A stretch of DNA of 64,000 bases from Promethearchaeota archaeon (GTDB taxonomy: Archaea; Asgardarchaeota; Lokiarchaeia; Sigyniarchaeales; SOKP01). The notes beneath the pieces were generated by a model, which was not told the origin of the DNA, did no database searches, and saw only the letters and a list, made by a program, of their open reading frames with translations. Both the position numbers and the translations under genes were made by a program. The stretch covers positions 133,083-197,082 of the forward strand of contig JAHPZI010000022.1 of the NCBI GenBank assembly GCA_019058295.1, in the 5' to 3' direction. This document shows, piece after piece, positions 56,696 through 64,000 of this stretch (position 1 is its first letter; each line of letters begins with the position of its first letter).

Positions 56696-57166
56696 TTAAG
56701 AATTAATCACTTCAACAAAATCCTTGATTTTATCAATGTAAATTTCCTTCTTTATCTCTTTTTTATTAATTTCAAGCGTTGCCATAGGTTTTTTGTCACA
56801 TAATTTCTCCATATTTTTAAAGCATTTCACACCTCCCTTACTACCTTCAGTGCAAAAGAATGCTAGGTTCTTAAATTTATCTTTGTGTTCAGAAATGTAT
56901 GTTCTTATTGGAGTTGACATATTACTGGCCCAAATAGGGGTTCCAATGATAATTAAATCATATAAATCCGGATTTTTATCTATTTCTTTTAGAATAGTAA
57001 GCTTTTTCCTCATAGCATCTTTACCTGCCTTGATAAATCCTAATATTCCAGATCTTTTTTTTGTGTCAAATATTTCTTCCATATCACAAGATAATTTTTC
57101 TGAGATTAAATTGCCAATTTTCTTGGTTTTTCCTGTTCTCGAATAATATACTACTAAACTATTCAT
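56696..57166 (-). CDS. Flavodoxin-like protein
   Basis: VVYYSRTGKT, IGTPIW, FFCT. Confidence 0.88.
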   Translation of the reverse strand: MNSLVVYYSRTGKTKKIGNLISEKLSCDMEEIFDTKKRSGILGFIKAGKDAMRKKLTILKEIDKNPDLYDLIIIGTPIWASNMSTPIRTYISEHKDKFKNLAFFCTEGSKGGVKCFKNMEKLCDKKPMATLEINKKEIKKEIYIDKIKDFVEVINS

Positions 57167-57295
57167 AATAAATCAAATTAGACTATAAAATTATTAAAAG
57201 TTATTGGATTTAATTTATAACTTAAGATCATCCTCGTTTTTATTAAAAATCTTAAGATTTAATTAAATTTTTTGATAATATTATTCTATTTTTTC

Positions 57296-57874
57296 CTAAG
57301 TATTAAAAGTAAAGTTTATGTTATGTTTTTCGAAACATTCATTAATTTTCTTAAAACCAGGACAGTTATTCCAATCCATCGAATACTCACACTTTTTACA
57401 TATTTTAAGAAAGCCATAACCATGGTAAACATTTAACAATATTATTAATAATCCAAAGACCAAAATGAAATAAAAAAAATTAAGAAAAAACGAATTTTGC
57501 AAAGTCCAAATATACCAAAAAAGAAATGCCGAGCCTAGACCAATTAAAAATTTTTGAATTATCTTAATAGCTTTTATTTTAGTTAAGTTCAATGGACTAA
57601 GAATAAAAGTTGAAATTAAAACCAAGGCTGTAATTAAAAAACAGAATGAATTAAAAATCTCTACTATATTTAAAAGAGGAATAAAAATAATTCCGATTAA
57701 AGCAGAAGGGTATCCTACAAAACAACCAATACAAAATCGATATTTTCCTATATTAATTGTGTGGTTTTTTTCAAATTTTTCACACTCAGGGTGATGACTC
57801 AGAAGGATTGGTTTTATGCATTTAAGATATATCGTAAATGACTTTAATTTCTCTCTATTCACGCAGCTTATCAA
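57296..57874 (-). CDS. Cys/His-containing membrane protein
   Basis: LSHHPEC, FCIGC, 4 TM, C-terminal CKKC..CPG; GTG at 57862 is an alternative start. Confidence 0.7.
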   Translation of the reverse strand: MISCVNREKLKSFTIYLKCIKPILLSHHPECEKFEKNHTINIGKYRFCIGCFVGYPSALIGIIFIPLLNIVEIFNSFCFLITALVLISTFILSPLNLTKIKAIKIIQKFLIGLGSAFLFWYIWTLQNSFFLNFFYFILVFGLLIILLNVYHGYGFLKICKKCEYSMDWNNCPGFKKINECFEKHNINFTFNT

Positions 57875-57887
57875 CTTTTAATATTGA

Positions 57888-58646
57888 TTAGATTTCTTTT
57901 TCAACGATTTCGACGATTTGTGGCAGAATGGTACCGATTTTTTCGTGAAAAACAACTTCTGAATAAGGATCAAAATCAGTTTCTTGAATATTGATAATGC
58001 ATATTTTTGCTCCTATTTCAAGAACCTTGTGTGGATAAAAGGCAACTGGATAGACAAGCAAGCTACTTCCAAGTATAATTAATAAATCACAATCAGCAAG
58101 CATTTTATTGGCGGCGTCCAAAACTTTCGATTCCAATGGCTCTCCAAAGAATATTGCATTCGGTTTTAATATACCATTACATTCTAAACAGTATGGAGTT
58201 GTTCTTTCTTTTACAAACTGATTTATCATAGTTGTTATTGGATAAATTTTTTTGCAATTCATACAAATGGCCTCGTTAACTGTTCCATGTAATTCCACCA
58301 CATTTTTTGTACGGGCTTTTTGATGGAGACCATCTATATTTTGAGTTAAGACGCCCTTTAGCTTTCCAAGCTTTTGCAATTTAGTTAAAGCTTTATGTCC
58401 TTTGTTCGGTTTTGCCCTAAATATTGTTATTCCCAACTCAAACATAAAATTTAAATTCTTGCTGGTGTTCGAAATATAAGAATTAATTGAAGCAAATTCG
58501 GAAGGATCAACTTTTGTCCATAAACCTGTGCCTGGACTACGGAAATCTGGAATACCCGATTCGGTACTCATGCCAGCACCAGTTAAAGCCACAATATTAT
58601 GAGATTTGATTATGAGATTTGCAAAATCGGAAATTTTTCTCTCCAT
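57888..58646 (-). CDS. cobB: Sir2-family NAD-dependent deacylase
   Basis: GAGMSTESGIPDFRS, TQNIDGLH, CMNC/CLEC zinc site, GSSLLVYP. Confidence 0.93.
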   Translation of the reverse strand: MERKISDFANLIIKSHNIVALTGAGMSTESGIPDFRSPGTGLWTKVDPSEFASINSYISNTSKNLNFMFELGITIFRAKPNKGHKALTKLQKLGKLKGVLTQNIDGLHQKARTKNVVELHGTVNEAICMNCKKIYPITTMINQFVKERTTPYCLECNGILKPNAIFFGEPLESKVLDAANKMLADCDLLIILGSSLLVYPVAFYPHKVLEIGAKICIINIQETDFDPYSEVVFHEKIGTILPQIVEIVEKEI

Positions 58647-58870
58647 AAAAATAACACTTATATTATGAATTAAACCAAAAGAATTAATTACTATATTTTT
58701 ATTTATTGCTATGTAACTATTGATATAATGAAACTTTTATTTATTGAATATAATTATAATATTATAAAAATTTAAATTATAAGAGAAGTTTAGATAGGTG
58801 CTTTAGATAACAATACCTTATACAACCAAATTGGAAATTATAAAAAAACTCTTAATTGGTGAATCAGTAA

Positions 58871-59419
58871 ATTAATTCAAAACAATCTTATATTTTTAAA
58901 ATATGTGTAGTTGGGGATGGTGGAGTAGGAAAAACTTCTATGGTTCTTCGCTACACCGAAGATACTTTTAAAGAGAATTATCTTATGACAATCGGTTCTA
59001 ATTTCTCAGCGAAATCTGAGAAGTTTCCAGAATATCCACATTTAAACATTAAACTTCAGATTTGGGATCTTGCTGGACAAAAGCACTTTAGTTTTGTTCG
59101 TCCGCCTTTTTATCGAGGTGCTTCGGGTATTATTTATGTATTTGATTTAACAAGAAGAAGTTCTTTTGCTAATTTACCCAACTGGAAAGAGGAAGTAGAA
59201 AAAGTAGTTGGTGAAAAACCAAGCATTTTGGTTGGTAATAAATTAGATTTAGCAAACCAAGGAAATAGAGAAATAGCATTACATGATGGAGAATCCTTAA
59301 AAAATGAGTTAAATACCTTGTCCTATTACGAAACTAGTGCAAAAGAAGGTACTAATATTAATGATGTTTTTAAAGACACAGTAATAAGGATTTTAAAAGC
59401 ATGCGGAAAAATAGAATAA
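58871..59419 (+). CDS. Rab-like small GTPase, probable ATT start
   Basis: FKICVVGDGGVGKTS lies upstream of ATG 58940; TIG, WDLAGQ, FYRGA, NKLD, ETSAK; GGTGA at 58858-58862. Confidence 0.9.
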   Translation: MNSKQSYIFKICVVGDGGVGKTSMVLRYTEDTFKENYLMTIGSNFSAKSEKFPEYPHLNIKLQIWDLAGQKHFSFVRPPFYRGASGIIYVFDLTRRSSFANLPNWKEEVEKVVGEKPSILVGNKLDLANQGNREIALHDGESLKNELNTLSYYETSAKEGTNINDVFKDTVIRILKACGKIE

Positions 59420-59520
59420 GATCTAATTTTTTAAAAACAATAAATTAAAATTCCATTATATATTTGAAAAATTAAAATAATTATAGTAAAAAATAAAATA
59501 TCATATTTAAGGGAGTATTT

Positions 59521-60243
59521 ATGTTTGGTGGTGGACAGATTAAATATGATCGGGCTTTGACTGTATTTAGTCCAGAAGGGCGTTTATATCAAGTAGAATA
59601 TGCTTTAGAAGCCGTGAGACGTGGTACATTAGCAGTTGCAATAAAATCTAATGAAGATGTGTGTTTAGCTGCTCAAATTAAAATCCCATCAATACTTATG
59701 AATGCTGATTCAATTGATAAGATATTTCAAATCGATGACCATATTGGTGTTGCAATCTCTGGCCTCCATGCAGACTCAAGGATACTAATCAACTACTCTA
59801 GAGTACAAGCTCAATCATTTAGATTAACTTATGATGAACCCGTAAGGCTTAATATGCTTGTTAAAACTATCGCGGATTTAAAGCAGATCTATACTCAATA
59901 TGGTGGGATTAGACCATTCGGGTGTTCTTTATTCTTTATAGCGATAGACAGCTCAGGCCCTCAAATTTACACGACATCTCCAAGCGGGATTTATCGATCC
60001 TATAAAGCATTTGCGCTAGGGAGTGGAGAAGCTAAAGCGCGAGAATATATTGAAAAAAATTTAAAAGAGAATGCGAGCTTCGAAGATATCATAAAATTGG
60101 CTTTAAATGCCATAAAAGAGTCAATTGATGAAGATATAACTAAGGAAAATATCCGCCTCGCATATATTAGAACATCTGAAGATAATAAATTTAAAACTTG
60201 CTCAAAAGAGGAAGTAAATAAGTTTTTAACAGAATTGATATAG
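59521..60243 (+). CDS. psmA: Proteasome alpha subunit
   Basis: YDRALTVFSPEGRLYQVEYA, KIFQIDDH, YTQYGGIRPFG. Confidence 0.95.
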   Translation: MFGGGQIKYDRALTVFSPEGRLYQVEYALEAVRRGTLAVAIKSNEDVCLAAQIKIPSILMNADSIDKIFQIDDHIGVAISGLHADSRILINYSRVQAQSFRLTYDEPVRLNMLVKTIADLKQIYTQYGGIRPFGCSLFFIAIDSSGPQIYTTSPSGIYRSYKAFALGSGEAKAREYIEKNLKENASFEDIIKLALNAIKESIDEDITKENIRLAYIRTSEDNKFKTCSKEEVNKFLTELI

Positions 60244-60362
60244 TAGTTATTTTTTAAATTTTAATAAATAAAATTTAAATAAATTTAGATAACACTATGA
60301 AGTTTAATTTTTTCAAATAATAAAATAAATCTTAAATTTAAAATAACTTAATAAATAAGAAA

Positions 60363-60758
60363 ATGGGGAAAAAAAAAAAAATCCGAGAAGATTTTGACAT
60401 TATTTTTCAAAATGGTGATGAAAAAGCAATCAAGGAGTATTTGGAAAAATATCCATGGCTGTTGGATGAAGTATCAAGTTCAATGGATGATACTATGTCA
60501 GAACAGCACCAAATCATAGCAGCAATAGGTGTTATGGAGGATGAACTTAATGAACCTGTTCCCTTTAATGAAATAAATCATTGTCTTAAAGAAGACTTTA
60601 GTATTAGTAAAACAGGTGAGGAAATCCAGAAGATTCTATATGATATTGAAAATTTGCAATTGGTAGAAAAACAGGCTAATGGCTGGATCCTGACTAACGA
60701 AGGCGAAAAAATCTGTGATGTGTATCTAAATAAAAATCTTAATGATTTAGAACTGTGA
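60363..60758 (+). CDS. Hypothetical protein with C-terminal winged-helix-like region
   Basis: ILYDIENLQLVEKQANGWILTNEG wing motif. Confidence 0.65.
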   Translation: MGKKKKIREDFDIIFQNGDEKAIKEYLEKYPWLLDEVSSSMDDTMSEQHQIIAAIGVMEDELNEPVPFNEINHCLKEDFSISKTGEEIQKILYDIENLQLVEKQANGWILTNEGEKICDVYLNKNLNDLEL

Positions 60759-60910
60759 TTTTATTTCGTTAATCTTTTCAATATAATTATTTTTATTTTA
60801 TTACATATGAGTTTTTAAATCGTAAAAAATTGTAAGAGTTAAATTAATCGAATTCTATTAAATATTTATTTAGTTTAAATTATTTTTTTTTTTATCAATA
60901 GAGGAGTTCT

Positions 60911-62959
60911 ATGACAGGGAATAATAAAAAAAAAGAAGATAGTGACAAGGATTTTAAAGAATATGAACAAGAATTAGTAAGGATGGAAGAGGATATAATT
61001 AATGAAGCTCTCGAAATAGTCGAGCGCGCACTATCTTTGGTTGATTCAAAGCAATATGAGGAGGGTATTAAATTTTTAAGACAAGCAATCGGTTTATATA
61101 GCCAAATTGGTCGGAAAAATGAACTAAAGGCTCTTAGAAGTAAAATTGCAGAGATCTATCTCTTAAAAGAACAATCTATTGAAGAAATTCAAGAAGCACC
61201 TGAAGAAATTCAAGAAGCACCTGAAGAGATTGAGGAAAAAGATAAAAAATTAGAGGAAGCAAAAAAAGATCAGGTACAAAAGGAATCTTTTGAAGATTTA
61301 ATTACATCAGCAGAAAAATTGATGGGGGACGCAGAAAAATGTATGGAAGTAAACGAATTTGAAGAAGCACTTGAATTTTACGATGAAGCAATTAAATTAT
61401 ATCGAGAAGCGAATAATGAGTCTGAAATTGAAAAAGTATATGAATTAATCGAAAAATGCTATGATGAAAAAATTAAATTTCTAACGGGGCCTAAAAAAGC
61501 AGTGCCTAAAGCTGGAATTGAATCAGAAGCAATAGACTTAAAAGAAGAAACAACAAGCGTAGAGACAGAAAGAAAAGAAAAAGTGAAATTATATGAAGAG
61601 AAAAAAGAAAAAGAAAAAGAAATTTCTGATCAAGGTTATGAAATAATGCAAAAAGCTGCAGAATTAATGAAAGTCCTCGATTTTGATGAGGCTTCTAAAT
61701 TATATAATGAAGCACTAGACTTATTTAAAAGTATTAATTGGCAGCGAGAAATTCAAGAAATTAACAGTACTTTAGAGTATTTAAAAAAAGAAAAGGAAAG
61801 GATTTTAAAAGAATTAGAAATAAAAAAAGAGAAAGAGAAAAAGGAAATAGAATTAGAACAGGAAAAGGCAAGAGAAATTGATGAGACGGCTAAACATAGA
61901 ACAGAATTTATGAAAGAAGAAAAATTTAAAAGATTGGCTGAAAGAGAAAAGAAAAAACAAGAGGAACAGGAATTTATTAAAAAGATTGATGAACTAGTTG
62001 ACGAAGCTGAAAGTTTGAATTTCAATTACGAACAAAAAAAAAAGAAAGCTGTAAAAGAGAAAAGATTCATTGAATTAGAATCCCCATATTTAAAAATAAT
62101 CGAAATCTACAAAGAAATTAAAAGTATGCTTCTAGAGAGACAATGGAAAGATCAAGCTGGAATTTATAATGAACAAATAAAACAATATGAAGAAAAATTA
62201 AAGAAAGATACAAAATTACGACAAATCGAAGCTCAAAAAAGAGAACGAGATAAAGCTTATTTAGATTCGCTAAAAATTAAAAAGGATGATACAGCTGAAG
62301 CAGAAAAATTAAAAGAACTTGAAGATAAAAAAAGAGAAGAAGAGACATTTCAAAAAGAAATTACTGAATTAGTTAATGAAGCCGAAAAGATATCGAGAGA
62401 TTACGAGGTAGAAAAAAAGAAAGCTATAAAGCAAGGTCAATTAGATATTGAAGCTCCTTATCCTAAAATAATTGAGATTTACCAAAACGTTAATAAGAGA
62501 CTCTTAGAGAGGGGATGGAACGATCAAGCGGAGATATATAAAAATCAGATTCAAATATATAAAGATAAATTAGATATGGATGAAAAATTACGAGAACTTG
62601 AAGCTAAAAAAGTTCAGGAACAAAAGGAATATGAAGAATTTATCAAAGTTAAAAAAGAAGAAGTTCCATTAACTGTTAGTACAGATAATTTAGAGGAAGT
62701 TGAAGAGAAGGTTGAAGAAGAGGATTTTGAAACTAGGATTTCCAATTTGGTAGATAAAGCTATGAGAATGGCAAGAGAATACGAATCTGGCATCCGAAGA
62801 GGTTTAAAATCCGAAGACCCGAGCATTTATAGGGAGGTTATAGAGATTTTTAAAGAAGTTAGAAAAATGTTTTTAGATAAAGATGAAAAAGAACAAGCTG
62901 AGATATATACGAAACAAATTCAACTATATGAAAAAAAACTAAACTCTATTATACCTTGA
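60911..62959 (+). CDS. TPR/MIT-like and coiled-coil repeat protein
   Basis: Three AxxLxxxA...FEEALxxYxxAIxLY-type units plus three longer ELVxEA...PYxKIIEIY...WxDQAxIY units. Confidence 0.8.
   Translation: MTGNNKKKEDSDKDFKEYEQELVRMEEDIINEALEIVERALSLVDSKQYEEGIKFLRQAIGLYSQIGRKNELKALRSKIAEIYLLKEQSIEEIQEAPEEIQEAPEEIEEKDKKLEEAKKDQVQKESFEDLITSAEKLMGDAEKCMEVNEFEEALEFYDEAIKLYREANNESEIEKVYELIEKCYDEKIKFLTGPKKAVPKAGIESEAIDLKEETTSVETERKEKVKLYEEKKEKEKEISDQGYEIMQKAAELMKVLDFDEASKLYNEALDLFKSINWQREIQEINSTLEYLKKEKERILKELEIKKEKEKKEIELEQEKAREIDETAKHRTEFMKEEKFKRLAEREKKKQEEQEFIKKIDELVDEAESLNFNYEQKKKKAVKEKRFIELESPYLKIIEIYKEIKSMLLERQWKDQAGIYNEQIKQYEEKLKKDTKLRQIEAQKRERDKAYLDSLKIKKDDTAEAEKLKELEDKKREEETFQKEITELVNEAEKISRDYEVEKKKAIKQGQLDIEAPYPKIIEIYQNVNKRLLERGWNDQAEIYKNQIQIYKDKLDMDEKLRELEAKKVQEQKEYEEFIKVKKEEVPLTVSTDNLEEVEEKVEEEDFETRISNLVDKAMRMAREYESGIRRGLKSEDPSIYREVIEIFKEVRKMFLDKDEKEQAEIYTKQIQLYEKKLNSIIP
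61181..61231 (+). repeat. In-frame 21-nt tandem repeat (EEIQEAP)
   Basis: GAAGAAATTCAAGAAGCACCT twice exactly (61181, 61202) plus a partial third copy. Confidence 0.9.
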
Positions 62960-63148
62960 AAAATTATATAAAAATTTCTAAGTTTAAAGTTCTAAGGTAT
63001 CTTTTAATTTCTTAAAAATTAATTATTTATATTCAATTGATTTTGAATTGGATTTTTAAATCATTGCTTAATTATATTACTTAATTTAGAGTGAAATTAT
63101 TATTTAATTAGTTTATTTTTGCTTTTTTTTTAGAAATGGTTGAGTACA

Positions 63149-64000
63149 ATGGGCAATAATAGTGAAAAAAAAGAAAATAATGACGAAAAATACGGCGATG
63201 ATGATTTAGAATCTCTAGAATCTTTAATCGCCGATTTAAGTGTAAGGGAAGATGAAATCATTGCTGAGGCGATAGAATTAGTTGAACATGCGTTATCTTT
63301 GCTTGATTCCCAATATTTTGATGATGCGATTGAAATTTTACGTCAGGCTATTGGTTTATATAGCAGTCTTGGCAGAATGGTTGAAATTGATGCCATCAAT
63401 CAAAAAATCTCAGAAATATATATATTAAAAGAGCAGGCATTTAAAGAAGTTGAATTTAAACCGACAGAAATTCCAGAAGAATTAGAAGCGCAAGATATTG
63501 ACCAAGAACAAATAATAGAAGAGTCTGTAGAGGATTTGTTCTATACTCCAGAAGAACTAATAGAGGAGGCACACAAATTAGTAGAAATAGATGAGTTTGA
63601 CGAAGCGATTGATAAATATGATGAAGCAATTAAATTATTTAGAGAGGATAAAAAAGATTCTGAAATTGAAAGAGTTTATGAATTAATCGATGAATGTTAC
63701 GATGCAAAAGCTGAATTCCTTAAAAGACCAAAGGAAGGAGTAGAAGCTGAACGAGAAGAGCCCGTCTTAGTCGAAGAAAGTGCAAAACTAAAGAAAGAAA
63801 AAGAAGAGAAAGAAAAATTACAGAAAGTTGCTGAAATAGAAAAGAAAAAAGTACAGGAGGAAGATTTTCAAAAGAGGATTGATGAGATGGTAACAAAAGT
63901 TGACAATTCAATTAGAGAATACGAACGAGAAATAAGAGAAGGATTTTTTGATTTAGAACCACCTTTTGAGGAGGCTATAAAGACGTATGAAGAAGTACGG
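63149..64000 (+). CDS. Paralog of 60911..62959, runs off the right edge
   Basis: ATG 63149: MGNNSEKKEN...IIAEAIELVEHALSLLDSQYFDDAIEILRQAIGLYSSLG matches the neighbour's N-terminus. Confidence 0.88.
   Translation, partial: MGNNSEKKENNDEKYGDDDLESLESLIADLSVREDEIIAEAIELVEHALSLLDSQYFDDAIEILRQAIGLYSSLGRMVEIDAINQKISEIYILKEQAFKEVEFKPTEIPEELEAQDIDQEQIIEESVEDLFYTPEELIEEAHKLVEIDEFDEAIDKYDEAIKLFREDKKDSEIERVYELIDECYDAKAEFLKRPKEGVEAEREEPVLVEESAKLKKEKEEKEKLQKVAEIEKKKVQEEDFQKRIDEMVTKVDNSIREYEREIREGFFDLEPPFEEAIKTYEEVR

Noticed and set aside
61181-61231. Direct repeats as a CRISPR array
   Set aside because: In-frame coding repeats without spacers; no cas genes in the window.

Overview
AT-rich archaeal chromosomal window, most likely from an Asgard archaeon (Lokiarchaeia-like). 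This is inferred from two Rab/Ras-like small GTPases, a longin-like domain fused to a multi-TM protein, beta-helix surface proteins with a Loki-CTERM-like anchor, a crenarchaeal-type PolB1, a proteasome alpha subunit, GGTGA/GGAGG ribosome-binding sites and a BHB-type tRNA intron. Main content: (i) two paralogous beta-helix surface proteins around a wHTH + 7TM-longin pair; (ii) tetraether lipid synthase (Tes) with a CTP-dependent lipid kinase, and a FAD/CCG oxidoreductase operon; (iii) PolB1, TldD/PmbA and an intron-containing tRNA-Thr(UGU); (iv) a ~13 kb phosphate/oxyanion island (AlkP-family enzyme, PiT, three DUF47 proteins, ArsC, an atypical ABC importer, AbrB-PhoU); (v) GH4 glycosidases, MFS transporters, pirin, a secreted lyase-like protein and a degenerate UbiA; (vi) a split PolB2/small partner/inactive RadA module with a shared upstream motif; (vii) sirtuin, Rab-like GTPase, proteasome alpha and tandem TPR/MIT-like repeat proteins. 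The most striking observation is that four genes (AlkP enzyme, small wHTH, ABC ATPase, Rab-like GTPase) read as full-length only if translation starts at ATT/ATC/ATA codons placed 6-8 nt after a GGTGA Shine-Dalgarno, suggesting systematic AUH initiation. No CRISPR array, rRNA, transposase or integrase was seen. All family assignments come from motif recognition by eye, not database searches.
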